Of a DNA stretch of 64,000 nt, positions 46,245-56,063 are shown piece after piece; positions within the stretch are counted from its first letter, which is position 1; each line of letters starts with the position of its first letter. The notes beneath the pieces are model-generated. The model did not search any database and was not told where the DNA came from. It was given only the letters and a program-made list of their open reading frames with translations. The DNA is taken from positions 9,811 to 73,810 of the forward strand of contig JBBRNT010000003.1 in the NCBI GenBank assembly GCA_038230095.1, in the 5' to 3' direction. Position numbers and translations under genes: made by a program. The DNA is from Candidatus Saccharimonadia bacterium (GTDB lineage: Bacteria; Patescibacteriota; Saccharimonadia; UBA4664; JBBRNT01).

Positions 46245-47699
46245 ATGCGCAAGAAAAGCGAACTCATCCTCAACCTATTGCTCCTGCCGATAGACGGTCT
46301 GGCTGTGCTGTCGGCATTTGTGTTGGCCTACATTCTACGCGTTAAGCTAGATGGGCGGCCGGTGGCATACCCGATCGGAGCCATGCTATTTCTGAAGATT
46401 GTGCTCTTTGCGGTACCGGTCTGGATTATTATTTTTGCACTGGCCGGTCTATACAACATGACGAGCATTAATCGCCGATTTGCCGAGCTGGGTAAGATTG
46501 TGGTGGGCGTGTCCGGTGGCGCTATGACCCTGATACTGCTCGATTTTTTCAGCCGCCAGCCGATATTCCCATCGCGAGCCATCCCGGTCTACGGCTATGG
46601 CCTAAGCCTAGTGCTGGTAGTGCTGGGACGAACAATCTGGCGCGCGTTTGTCCGGTCGCTGAATAGATATGGGATTGCGGTGCAAAATGCGGTGGTGGTG
46701 GGGAGTGGCCCAATTGCACGAATGATCATCGCAGACCTCACACGAAGCCCTAAGACTGGCTACCAGGTAGTGGCTGTGCTAGAGACGGCGAGGCACGCCG
46801 GAAAGCAGCTGCGACCAATACCGGTCTACCGCAGCATAGAGTCGTTGGTCAAAGCCCACGGACTGGATATTCAGGTGGTTATACAGGCGGACTCGGCACT
46901 AACACCCGGCGAGGTACAGAACCTGGTTAACTATGCTAGCAGTCACCATTGGCGTTACCGGTTTGTACCTAACCAGTTCGGCATGTTTGCGACTAACGCA
47001 GAGTTTGCCACGATAGCTGGGCTGCCAGTGATTGAGATATGTCGCACCCCGCTCGATGGCTGGGGGCGGATTGTGAAGCGTCTCTTCGATGTATTTGGCG
47101 CTTTAGCGGGTATGGTAGTACTGTCTCCGTTATACCTGGTAATAGCTATTATCTCAAAGCTGACGGACCCTGGCCCGGTGTTCTATAGCCATAAGCGAGT
47201 GAGTCGTAGTGGTGCGCCAATCCAGGTGTACAAGTTCCGAACTATGACCTACAAGTGGTCGCCACGGCCCGGGTACAAGTACACCACAGCCGAAGAGGCC
47301 TTGATTGGTATGGGTAGGCCCGATCTGGTTGAGGAGTTCAAGAAGTCGCAAAAACTGGAGCATGATCCTCGAGTAAATGCCTTTGGGAGGTTCCTGCGTC
47401 GCAGTAGCCTAGATGAGCTCCCGCAGCTCTTCAATGTACTGCGTGGTGAGTTGTCGCTGGTAGGCCCACGGCCTGTGGTAGAGGCTGAGCTAGAGCGCTA
47501 TGGTGACCAGGCTGCGGCGTTCCTATCCCTGAAACCAGGTATTACGGGTATGTGGCAGGTGTCGGGCCGGAGCGACATTGGCTATGATGAGCGGGTGAAG
47601 TTAGACATATACTACGTAGAGAACTGGTCGTTGCTGCTGGACATTCAGATCCTCATTAAGACCTTTGTAATAATCCTACGTGGGCGGGGAGCCTACTAG
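46245..47699 (+). CDS. polyprenyl glycosylphosphotransferase (bacterial sugar transferase, WbaP/EpsL-like)
   Basis: N-terminal TM bundle + C-terminal sugar-transferase domain with SLVGPRP and DIYYVENWS motifs. Confidence 0.85.
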   Translation: MRKKSELILNLLLLPIDGLAVLSAFVLAYILRVKLDGRPVAYPIGAMLFLKIVLFAVPVWIIIFALAGLYNMTSINRRFAELGKIVVGVSGGAMTLILLDFFSRQPIFPSRAIPVYGYGLSLVLVVLGRTIWRAFVRSLNRYGIAVQNAVVVGSGPIARMIIADLTRSPKTGYQVVAVLETARHAGKQLRPIPVYRSIESLVKAHGLDIQVVIQADSALTPGEVQNLVNYASSHHWRYRFVPNQFGMFATNAEFATIAGLPVIEICRTPLDGWGRIVKRLFDVFGALAGMVVLSPLYLVIAIISKLTDPGPVFYSHKRVSRSGAPIQVYKFRTMTYKWSPRPGYKYTTAEEALIGMGRPDLVEEFKKSQKLEHDPRVNAFGRFLRRSSLDELPQLFNVLRGELSLVGPRPVVEAELERYGDQAAAFLSLKPGITGMWQVSGRSDIGYDERVKLDIYYVENWSLLLDIQILIKTFVIILRGRGAY

Positions 47700-48817
47700 T
47701 GGACGGCTTACGGGTAGCATTGGTACACGACTGGCTTACTAACCAGGGCGGGGGTGAGCGAGTCCTGTGGTCGCTGCACTTGGCCTTTCCGGATGCGCCC
47801 ATCTACACCTCGGTGTTTGAGCCGGCAGTGATGACTCAGTTCGCTGATCTAGACGTGCGGACGTCGTTCTTGCAAAAGTGGCCTCTGGCGCGTAAGAAGC
47901 ATCAGCTGTTTCCGGCCCTACGTACTATGGCTTTTGAGTCATTTGATTTCTCGGAATACGATGTAGTTATTAGTACTAATTCTGCCGAATCGAAAGGCAT
48001 TATTACCGGTCCTAAAACCCTACATATTAACTACATTTTCACCCCTACTCGCTACTACTGGAGCGGCTACCATGACTACTTGGCTCAGCCAGGAATGGGG
48101 CGGCTGAACGGGTTGGTGCGTAGAGTAATGCCTCGCGTAGTTAGCCGGATGCGTCAATGGGACTATGCGGCGGCCCAACGCGCAGATATGGTTGTTGCTA
48201 TCTCCGAGTATGTAGGTGCGCGAGTAACTAAGTACTACCGCCGCGATTGGGGTGTGGTATACCCGCCAGTAGAGGTAGACCGCCTCAAGCCAGCGGCTAA
48301 GCGTGGAGACTTCTACCTGGTGGTGTCACGGCTCATACCATATAAACGGGTAGATCTGGCTGTGGCCGCCGCAAGGGAGCTTAATCTACCGCTGATTGTC
48401 ATAGGCGACGGGAGTGAACGAAGCCGTCTAGAGGCCATGGCTGGCCCAAAAACCCAGTTCCTCGGCCGACGTAGCGACGCGGAGGTGGCAGAGTACTATG
48501 GAAAAGCCAAGGCCTTCCTATTTACCGCTGATGAGGATTTTGGAATAACACCCCTAGAGGCCATGGCAGCCGGCGCGCCGGTAGTGGCGTTTGGCCGGGG
48601 TGGCGCATTAGAGACGGTGGTGCCAGGTAAGACGGGCGTGTTCTTCTCGGAGCAGACGCCGTCATCGCTGATCCAGGCGCTGAAGCACCTGGATACGCTT
48701 AAGCTTGATACGCTGACTATTCGTAAGCAGGCCGAGCGCTTTAGCGAGCGCCGGTTTATCGTGGAAATGCAGCAGCTGGTGAGACGGGCTATAGCAAGCC
48801 GGCAGTCAGACAACTAA
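47699..48817 (+). CDS. family-4 (GT-B, group 1) glycosyltransferase
   Basis: EDFGITPLEAMAAGAPVVA... E-x7-E motif region; ATGA-type overlap with upstream gene. Confidence 0.85.
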   Translation: MDGLRVALVHDWLTNQGGGERVLWSLHLAFPDAPIYTSVFEPAVMTQFADLDVRTSFLQKWPLARKKHQLFPALRTMAFESFDFSEYDVVISTNSAESKGIITGPKTLHINYIFTPTRYYWSGYHDYLAQPGMGRLNGLVRRVMPRVVSRMRQWDYAAAQRADMVVAISEYVGARVTKYYRRDWGVVYPPVEVDRLKPAAKRGDFYLVVSRLIPYKRVDLAVAAARELNLPLIVIGDGSERSRLEAMAGPKTQFLGRRSDAEVAEYYGKAKAFLFTADEDFGITPLEAMAAGAPVVAFGRGGALETVVPGKTGVFFSEQTPSSLIQALKHLDTLKLDTLTIRKQAERFSERRFIVEMQQLVRRAIASRQSDN

Positions 48818-48845
48818 AAAACCCTGCCTCATGCAGGGTTTTTTA
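48816..48845 (+). terminator. bidirectional rho-independent terminator (aaaaaccctgc-ctcat-gcagggttttt)
   Basis: Between GT4 gene (+) and rplT (-). Confidence 0.85.
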
Positions 48846-48860
48846 GTAAGCACACAGAGA

Positions 48861-49211
48861 CTACTTAGCTTTGGCGGCAGTATCTACGACGGCCGTGAAG
48901 GCCTTGGGCTGGTTGGTGGCTAGTTCGGAGAGGATCTTGCGATCTAGAGTAACACCAGCTACCTTGAGGCCATGGATGAACTTGCTGTATGACAGGGCTG
49001 TGCCTTCGAGGCCAGCATTGATACGGGTAATCCACAGTGCGCGGAAGTCACGCTTACCATTACGACGGTCGCGGTACTGGTAGCTGAGGGCTTTGAGTAC
49101 AGCTTGACGGGCCAGCTTAACACTAGCCTGACGGGAAGCGGTCATACCCTTCGTCTGGGCCTTGAGTCGCTTGTGTTTGGCGTGGGTTGTAACGCCTCGT
49201 TTAACGCGCAT
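48861..49211 (-). CDS. rplT: 50S ribosomal protein L20
   Basis: MRVKRGVTTHAKHKRLKAQTKG... canonical L20 N-terminus. Confidence 0.92.
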   Translation of the reverse strand: MRVKRGVTTHAKHKRLKAQTKGMTASRQASVKLARQAVLKALSYQYRDRRNGKRDFRALWITRINAGLEGTALSYSKFIHGLKVAGVTLDRKILSELATNQPKAFTAVVDTAAKAK

Positions 49212-49412
49212 TTATTTGTAGCTCCCTAGCATTTTCTTTACGTTAGCAGCATCACCGTGGGCAACCTGGAATTCGTTGACATAGGTCCGCTTGGTTGAAG
49301 CCGACTTATGACTAAACATGTGATTGCGATTGGCCTTACGACGAAGCATTTTGCCAGTGGCAGTCAGCTTAATCCGTTTGGCCATTCCTTTGTGTGTCTT
49401 CATTTTTGGCAT
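49212..49412 (-). CDS. rpmI: 50S ribosomal protein L35
   Basis: MPKMKTHKGMAKRIKLTATGK... canonical L35. Confidence 0.9.
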   Translation of the reverse strand: MPKMKTHKGMAKRIKLTATGKMLRRKANRNHMFSHKSASTKRTYVNEFQVAHGDAANVKKMLGSYK

Positions 49413-49917
49413 CTTTGTTCTGTCCTATTATCATATTGAGATCGCGGCCGGTGAGCTGGGGTTTCTGTTCTACGGTGCCTACGTCCGAGAGCATCTCAGT
49501 AACGCGGGCTAGTATAGCATGGCCAAGAGCGGGGTGGGTTATCTCTCGTCCGCGGAAGAGGAGACTAATCTTCACCTTGTGGCCTTCCCCGATAAACTTT
49601 CGGGCGTGTTTGAGCTTGGTGGCCAGGTCGTGCTCGCCAATCTTGAGTCCCAATCGAACTTGTTTAACCTCGACGAGCTTCTGATTCTTTTTAGACTTCT
49701 GAAGCTGCTTGGTTTGCTCGTACTTGTACTTGCCCCAGTCGAGTATTTTGGCTACTGGAGGCTGGGCGGTTGGGGAGATTTCTGCAAGATCATATCCGGC
49801 GGCATCAGCGGCGGCGAGGGCCTCTCTGAGGCTGACGATGCCAAGCTGCTCCCCGTCCAATCCGATAAGACGGACGGTAGAAGCAGTGATTTCATGATTC
49901 AGGCGGATACGATTGAT
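49369..49917 (-). CDS. infC: translation initiation factor IF-3, probable AUC start codon
   Basis: Conserved N-terminus INRIRLNHEITASTVRLIG lies upstream of the TTG used by the ORF track; an in-frame TAA 4 codons further up leaves only ATC (49915-49917) 8 nt after an AAGGAG RBS; C-terminus overlaps rpmI by 44 nt. Confidence 0.8.
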   Translation of the reverse strand: MNRIRLNHEITASTVRLIGLDGEQLGIVSLREALAAADAAGYDLAEISPTAQPPVAKILDWGKYKYEQTKQLQKSKKNQKLVEVKQVRLGLKIGEHDLATKLKHARKFIGEGHKVKISLLFRGREITHPALGHAILARVTEMLSDVGTVEQKPQLTGRDLNMIIGQNKDAKNEDTQRNGQTD

Positions 49918-50000
49918 GCGGTCATCTCCTTAAGCTCTTGCAGGATTCTAGCAAAAAACCGCTATTCGGTCAAATAATTTCCTACCTAGAGCCCAGATCA

Positions 50001-50903
50001 CTAGCTAAGGTCTTTTTTTCGAGGCGTCTTTTCCGTCGGCCGGAAAGCGTTTTCGGGCTTATCGCAAATGAAACGGATCTCCTGATCGGTGAGTCTGATA
50101 GCAATGGGCGTTCGGCCAGATACCTTGCTATCGATCATAATACCAGCCGCTGGACTAGTCTCTACTACCAGGCGTTCTGCATAGAGACGAGTGGTTATAT
50201 GGTCCAGAGGAGCGCCAGAGGTGGCCGTGCGCTGCCATAGGTAGGATGTAAGCTGACGGCGATTGGGTGAATCAGCAAGGCTTATGAGCAGGCGATCGTC
50301 GGCAAGGGGATCGAGAAATTTCTGGTTGGCTACCGAAAGTGTAAAGAACTCACAGTCTACCTCGTAATCATCATCTATCTTTAGGTGAGCCGCCAGAGTC
50401 TGGTATTTGCGGGCCTGGCGCCAGCTATTGCGAAAGTGCTTGGCGCGGTCCCGAAGCTTACTACCCGCTACATCCACCGTCTTGTCTTGGTCGGTTTCGA
50501 AACCAATGGTGAGCTCGGAAAGGAAGTAGTGCTGGCCGGCCGCGAGTAAGCGATAGGTGGTAATACGACGCGCCGCAAGCAAGGGCAGACTCTGTTGCCA
50601 GGTGCTAATACCAAGCTGGTTAGCAAGCTTATTGGTACGACCAATCGGAATAATTCCAACAGCCGCGGTGTGGCCGACTACACCATTCATGACCTCGTTA
50701 ACAGTTTCGTCGCCGCCTACTGCTACGATTGTCTGGAAACCCTTCTCTACAGCCAGCTGCGCTAGGCGAGTTGCGTCGCCGGGTCCCGTTGTCTTCACAA
50801 ACTCGCCGGCAATACCGAGCTGCTCAAGGCTGTCCCGAAGCTTGTCCTGAATGCCATTGATGGCGCCGCGACCAGAAGTAGGATTCGTTATGTAGTAGTA
50901 CAT
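50001..50903 (-). CDS. diacylglycerol/lipid kinase family protein (YegS/DagK-like)
   Basis: DAGK catalytic-domain signature TIVAVGGDETVNEV. Confidence 0.8.
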   Translation of the reverse strand: MYYYITNPTSGRGAINGIQDKLRDSLEQLGIAGEFVKTTGPGDATRLAQLAVEKGFQTIVAVGGDETVNEVMNGVVGHTAAVGIIPIGRTNKLANQLGISTWQQSLPLLAARRITTYRLLAAGQHYFLSELTIGFETDQDKTVDVAGSKLRDRAKHFRNSWRQARKYQTLAAHLKIDDDYEVDCEFFTLSVANQKFLDPLADDRLLISLADSPNRRQLTSYLWQRTATSGAPLDHITTRLYAERLVVETSPAAGIMIDSKVSGRTPIAIRLTDQEIRFICDKPENAFRPTEKTPRKKDLS

Positions 50904-50912
50904 GGTGGGTTC

Positions 50913-51305
50913 CTAATGGCTGGCGGAAGCTTCCGCGGGAGCATCAGTTGTTTCGGGTAAACTGGTGCGGCAGGAGCCAACGAAGGCGGCTCCTGAGCTA
51001 ATGCCGAGCGTACCAGTTTTGAGATCGCCCTCTAGGCGACCGGCTTCGGTAATGACGGTTTCTCCCTCGGCTGTGACATTGCCAAAGACCTGGCCGCCAA
51101 GAGTGACATTAATAGCGGTAATATTACCGTGGATAACAGCATTGGCGCCAATCGTGACATTGCCGGCAGCTTTCAGATCACCCTGCAGAGCGCCATCGAT
51201 GGCTATGTCACCATCGCTGCGCAGATTGCCACGTATTTTGACGCCGGCGGCTATAAGAGTCTCACTGGTAGCCATGGTGGCAATATGGGTTGTGCGTCGG
51301 GCCAT
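50913..51305 (-). CDS. bactofilin-family polymerising protein
   Basis: Beta-helical repeat G-x-I/V-x-G-x-V pattern throughout (GNVTIGANAVIHGNITAINVTLGGQVFGNVTAEG). Confidence 0.8.
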   Translation of the reverse strand: MARRTTHIATMATSETLIAAGVKIRGNLRSDGDIAIDGALQGDLKAAGNVTIGANAVIHGNITAINVTLGGQVFGNVTAEGETVITEAGRLEGDLKTGTLGISSGAAFVGSCRTSLPETTDAPAEASASH

Positions 51306-51307
51306 GA

Positions 51308-51790
51308 TTATTCCTTTCCAGTTGGTGGTTTGGGCGGAGTGGGCTTAATGGCTATAGCTAGGGCCTGAGTCTCTTCTTTGGCGAGTGGGTAGGTGGAGTG
51401 GCCTTGGTCGACTGGCTTCATATAGATACGTGTGCCTTCGCGGCCATGGATACTGGTGAGAACGTAGCCACTGTCTTGGTTGTTTATAACCGCTAGAGAG
51501 AAGCTCTGGTCGCCGCCAGTGTCGCCAAATGGGTTGTATCGGACAATACCTACCTTGCCAAGAGCACGCTCAGACATGCCCGTAATGCGGTCGTAGCTAG
51601 CACGGAGCTCATCTAGATTGGCTGCAACGGTTTGGACGCGCTTGTAGTAGCCATGGACGGCCGACTCCAGGTTCTCGGACTTGGCGCCACCCATTAGTAC
51701 TGTCAGCCGGTTGCGCACGGCTAGTACCTCTCGTACGAGAAGACCAACGGCAAGGCATAATAGGCCGATAAATATATAGGCAATAGTCAT
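51308..51790 (-). CDS. DUF4446-family protein with N-terminal TM anchor
   Basis: YNPFGDTGGDQSF signature. Confidence 0.6.
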   Translation of the reverse strand: MTIAYIFIGLLCLAVGLLVREVLAVRNRLTVLMGGAKSENLESAVHGYYKRVQTVAANLDELRASYDRITGMSERALGKVGIVRYNPFGDTGGDQSFSLAVINNQDSGYVLTSIHGREGTRIYMKPVDQGHSTYPLAKEETQALAIAIKPTPPKPPTGKE

Positions 51791-51887
51791 AAAATGAGTT
51801 TCTCCATGGGACTATCCTAGTATAGGGCCGCTAGCACTGGTATTCAACCTACACAGCGAATCTGGTCTGTGATACGATAGACCTGAT

Positions 51888-52178
51888 ATGAGTAAGAAGA
51901 AATCACGCAAGAAACAGCAATTCAAATACGGCCAATCTGGCGCTAGTCAGAACATTTCCCAAGCGACCACCGAGATGGGCGCTGGGGTAGTGACTGCTAA
52001 GGTGCCTAGTAAGCAACAGCAGGCACTGGCCGGAGTCGATGACTTCAGCTACGTACGTAGCGATCTTATGCGCGTCGCAGTATTCGCGGCTATCTGTATT
52101 GGCCTCGAGCTCGCGGTCTGGATTGCTTTCAATAAGACCGGTCTGGGCGTAAAAGCCTACAGTCTCTTTAAGCTGTAG
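51888..52178 (+). CDS. small Lys-rich protein with C-terminal TM helix (96 aa)
   Basis: ORF with basic N-terminus; weakly supported. Confidence 0.35.
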   Translation: MSKKKSRKKQQFKYGQSGASQNISQATTEMGAGVVTAKVPSKQQQALAGVDDFSYVRSDLMRVAVFAAICIGLELAVWIAFNKTGLGVKAYSLFKL

Positions 52179-53667
52179 GACGGTACTGTAGGGCCTCGGC
52201 CAGATGTCCCGGCTCAATCTCGGTGCTGCTAGCCAGATCCGCTATGGTTCTGGCTACTTTTATTACCCGGAAGTAGGCTCTGGCGGATAGAAGCAGTCGG
52301 CTAAGCGCCTGGTCGGCCAGGGCCTTGGCTTCGGTCGTTAGGCTGGCCCACTTACGGATATCGGCGGTGGTGAGCGTGGCGTTGGTGCGCGTCGTGGTTC
52401 CGAAGCGCTCCTGTTGCCTAGCGCGGGCAGCAGCTACTCGCTGGGCAATGTCGAACGATGCCTCGGACCGGTCCGCACGCGCCATCTCGTCACGACGGAT
52501 GGCTGACAGGTGTACTACCAGATCGATCCGATCAAGTAGGGGACCTGAGAGCTTCTTCTGATAGCGGGTAATAGCCCCTGCAGTGCAGCTACAGTTCTTG
52601 GTTGCGTCGCCAAAGTAGCCACAGGGGCAGGGGTTCTGGGTGGCAATTAGCATGAACCGGGCCGGATAGGATACTGCACTGTGCGCCCTGGCTATACTGA
52701 TGGTTCCGTCCTCCAGTGGCTGCCTGAGGGCTTCGATGATGACACGAGGAAACTCCGGCAGCTCGTCTAGGAATAGTACGCCATTGTGGCTCAGGCTAAT
52801 CTCGCCAGGACGAGGCCAGCTCCCGCCACCGATGAGTGCTACGTGACTGGCGGTGTGGTGCGGCCCACGCCAGGGGCGCTCGCCGTTTAGCCCATACTCG
52901 AGGCCAGCAAGACTATAGAGCTTGGCTGTCTCAACTCGCTCGGCGCTTGAGAGTAGGGGAAGTATGCCGGCCGCTGCTTTCGCAAGCATGGTTTTGCCGC
53001 ACCCGGGTGGGCCGGACATGAGTATATTGTGTCCACCAGCAGCAGCTATCTCCAGCGCCCGCTTGGCCTGTATTTGACCATAGACGTCGGCCATATCTGT
53101 AGTAATTTTAACAACAATATTAGATATGTTTCTGGAGATGATCGGTGTTATTTCTGCTTCGCCCAACAGATGTAAGTACAGTGTTTTAAGGTCCGGTATG
53201 GCAATTATTGGAATACCTTCAATGTTACTGGCTTCCTCGGCATTGGCGGTCGGTATATAGACGCATTTCAGCGCCTTCTCACGGGCAAGCTCGGCTGTTG
53301 CAAGGACACCCTTGGTGGCGCGGAGCGAGCCATCGAGCCCTAGTTCGCCCCAGAATAGACTGTTCTTGGTGGCCTCATGGCCGATCTGCTCGGTGGCCAC
53401 TAGCATGGCTACGGCAATAGCCAGATCGTAGCCTGAACCGTCCTTTGGTAAGTCTGCTGGCGCAAGATTGACGGTAACCTTCTTAGGCGGAAAGGTGAGC
53501 CCACTATTGCGAATAGCGCCACGGACACGTTCCCTGGCCTGGTCCACAGCTTTGTCACCGAGGCCAACGATAGCAAAGCCGGGTAGACCGTTGGCCAGGT
53601 CGCACTCCACGGTGACGAGCTGGCCTTCAAAGCCAATGTGGGTCGCAGCGTAGGTTGTTGCTAGCAT
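52168..53667 (-). CDS. comM: YifB/ComM-family Mg-chelatase-like AAA+ ATPase
   Basis: ChlI-type Walker A MSGPPGCGKTMLA, N-terminal Lon-like domain, C-terminal ComM domain. Confidence 0.88.
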   Translation of the reverse strand: MLATTYAATHIGFEGQLVTVECDLANGLPGFAIVGLGDKAVDQARERVRGAIRNSGLTFPPKKVTVNLAPADLPKDGSGYDLAIAVAMLVATEQIGHEATKNSLFWGELGLDGSLRATKGVLATAELAREKALKCVYIPTANAEEASNIEGIPIIAIPDLKTLYLHLLGEAEITPIISRNISNIVVKITTDMADVYGQIQAKRALEIAAAGGHNILMSGPPGCGKTMLAKAAAGILPLLSSAERVETAKLYSLAGLEYGLNGERPWRGPHHTASHVALIGGGSWPRPGEISLSHNGVLFLDELPEFPRVIIEALRQPLEDGTISIARAHSAVSYPARFMLIATQNPCPCGYFGDATKNCSCTAGAITRYQKKLSGPLLDRIDLVVHLSAIRRDEMARADRSEASFDIAQRVAAARARQQERFGTTTRTNATLTTADIRKWASLTTEAKALADQALSRLLLSARAYFRVIKVARTIADLASSTEIEPGHLAEALQYRPTA

Positions 53668-53781
53668 AATACCTCCTTTGATAGGCGATATTACCGAACA
53701 TAAACCGTACTGTCAAGCGCAAGGTGGTGGATACCGGCGCGGTGCAACGTGCCTGGCTGCTATAGTCTGGACAAGTTCAAG

Positions 53782-54783
53782 CTAGAGCTTGTCCTGGTAC
53801 CAGAGCGAGGCATACTCGGGGGAGATAGGGTTGATGATAACGCCGGTGGAGAGCTCGAAACCAGCCCAAATATTGGGCCTGGGCTCTAGTTTGAGGTGGA
53901 AATGCTGGTGCTCACCGGCCAGAGAGTCCTGGAGAAAGTAATTGTAGTCTATGTTCACGCTATCAAGCTTACCGGTCAGTTTTTTAAGCATTACCGCAAA
54001 CGAGTGGCGCTCGGAGTCCGTAAGATCCGCAAAGCGAGCTCGCTGCTGCTTCGGTAATATCCAGACCCCAAAGGCCTCACGGACGGCGTAGGGCGAGAGC
54101 GCTATAGCGTGTTCGTCCTCGAATATAATGCGCTGTTTCTCGCCGAGCTCCCACTGGATAATGTCCTGGAATGGTGAGCTCCCGTGCGCTCTGACGTATT
54201 CATCGTAGGCTGCAGCTTCTAGCTCGACCGTGGGCGGGATAAACGGTATGGCAACAATCTGGGAGTGGGAGTGAGCGATGCTGGCGCCAGCGTTGGGGCC
54301 GCTGTTCTTGAAAACCACCACGTAGCGGATGCCTTCAAGCGCCTGTAGCGCCTTGGTGCGGCTCATATAGGCTTCGAATATTCGCTCTATCTGCGCTACG
54401 GGTAGGTCGGAGAAGCGGGACTGGTAGTCAGGAGTATCAACGACAATTTCTTGGCTTCCGTAAGCCCTAGGATTGTCGAGAGACAGGGCCGAGTACAAAT
54501 TTTTGATCACCCGCACCTGCCAGTCCCCATGACTGTTTTTTAGTTCAAATATGCTTTTGTCGGCTTCAAACGCCGGCTGGGTGGCGACCGGTCGATCCGG
54601 CTGAGTGGTTTTGCTAAAGCTATCCGGGCGTAAGCTACGCTTGGGTGCAATGACCACATAGCGTTCAAGGAAGTAGTGCTTGCGAATCTCAGACTGCGAG
54701 CTGACGTCACGCATGGTACGCGTAGAGTTGGCCAGAGAGTGGCGGTGGACATGCAGATTAGCAGCTGATCGTGGATCATTCAT
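53782..54783 (-). CDS. galactose-1-phosphate uridylyltransferase-like HIT-superfamily nucleotidyltransferase
   Basis: HxHxQ-type motif ASIAHSHSQIVA in second half-barrel; 333 aa tandem HIT-like halves. Confidence 0.55.
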   Translation of the reverse strand: MNDPRSAANLHVHRHSLANSTRTMRDVSSQSEIRKHYFLERYVVIAPKRSLRPDSFSKTTQPDRPVATQPAFEADKSIFELKNSHGDWQVRVIKNLYSALSLDNPRAYGSQEIVVDTPDYQSRFSDLPVAQIERIFEAYMSRTKALQALEGIRYVVVFKNSGPNAGASIAHSHSQIVAIPFIPPTVELEAAAYDEYVRAHGSSPFQDIIQWELGEKQRIIFEDEHAIALSPYAVREAFGVWILPKQQRARFADLTDSERHSFAVMLKKLTGKLDSVNIDYNYFLQDSLAGEHQHFHLKLEPRPNIWAGFELSTGVIINPISPEYASLWYQDKL

Positions 54784-54854
54784 AGACTAAGCGTAACAAC
54801 TTTGTTCTAAAACGGCTAGCGCAAGATGGTTCCAGTTTTGCTATACTACAAATA

Positions 54855-56027
54855 ATGAGTACCAAAACCCAGGTCACACCAAGAAAACGGCGCATACTAG
54901 TCCTTACTGCGCCTGTTGGTGGCGGCCATATGGCAATAGCTAAGGTACTCACAGAGAAGCTGACCGAGCGCTACGGTAAGGACTACGATGTAAGCTTCTG
55001 CGATGTGTTTGAAGAAGTTGCACTGCCGATGCAGTTCCAGAAAATGCTCGGACCGGGCTACGCTCTGTCAGTGAAGGCACTCAAGTCCTACCCCTACCGC
55101 CTATTTTTCGATTTCGCGAACTCTAATCCGGATATGGTCAATAAAGTGTTCACTGCCATGTTCCAGTCTGGTGCCATCGAGATAATGCACAAATACAAGC
55201 CAGACATTGTAGTCTCGACGTTCCCAATTATTAGCTATATTGCGGCGCGAACTGTGAAAGAGAGTATTCGGCAGAATGTACCGGTTATTAGTATCGTGAC
55301 TGATGCTGGCGACGTACACCGGCTGTGGTTGATGGGAGTGGAGGACGCAATCCTAGTCTCCACCCCTGAGACAATGGACTATGCGGTAAAGCTGGGTGTG
55401 CCGCGAGACAAGCTGCACTACCTGGGCTTTCCGGTGGGCAAGGAGTTCTACAATCTACGGCCACAGGCGGAGGCTCGTAAGCTGCTAGGCCTCAAGAATA
55501 TACCTACGGCGTTGTTTACCAATGGGGGTTTGGGTCTGAGCCCCGCCAAGTTCGTGCGTATGGCCAAGATAGTTGCGAAGCTAGGTGCGAACCAGCAGTT
55601 TATCTTTATTTGCGGCAAGAACCAGCAGCTCCAGGACAAGCTCATAGCGATGGATCTGCCCAAGAATGTGCACGTCTATGGGTTTGTGAACAACATCTAC
55701 GACTTTATCGCGGCTAGCGATATTGCCATCCAGAAAGCTGGCTGGTTATCACTGTATGAGGCCATGGTAGCGCGTAAGCCGACTATTGTTTTTGACGTGG
55801 TTCCTGGTCAGGAAGAGCCTAACGCGGAGTTTATTGAACGCCATAAGGTAGGCGAGCTCATTACTAAGCCCCAGGATGTGGTGGACAGAGTATTGTATTA
55901 TTTACAACAGCCGCAAGCCCTGCAGGCCTTCCAGAAGAATTTCGACATTCTAAACTTAGATGAAAAAGCCGGTGAGAAGATTGCCGACTTTATCGTTGAT
56001 AACTTCTCTAACACGAAGATAAAGTAA
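54855..56027 (+). CDS. MGDG-synthase-like (UgtP/GT28-type) diacylglycerol glycosyltransferase
   Basis: N-terminal ILVLTAPVGGGHMAIAKVL motif typical of the MGDG_synth family; GT-B C-domain. Confidence 0.75.
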   Translation: MSTKTQVTPRKRRILVLTAPVGGGHMAIAKVLTEKLTERYGKDYDVSFCDVFEEVALPMQFQKMLGPGYALSVKALKSYPYRLFFDFANSNPDMVNKVFTAMFQSGAIEIMHKYKPDIVVSTFPIISYIAARTVKESIRQNVPVISIVTDAGDVHRLWLMGVEDAILVSTPETMDYAVKLGVPRDKLHYLGFPVGKEFYNLRPQAEARKLLGLKNIPTALFTNGGLGLSPAKFVRMAKIVAKLGANQQFIFICGKNQQLQDKLIAMDLPKNVHVYGFVNNIYDFIAASDIAIQKAGWLSLYEAMVARKPTIVFDVVPGQEEPNAEFIERHKVGELITKPQDVVDRVLYYLQQPQALQAFQKNFDILNLDEKAGEKIADFIVDNFSNTKIK

Positions 56028-56063
56028 GTTGTTCTGTTCGCCGTGACGTGGCATAATGTGCTT

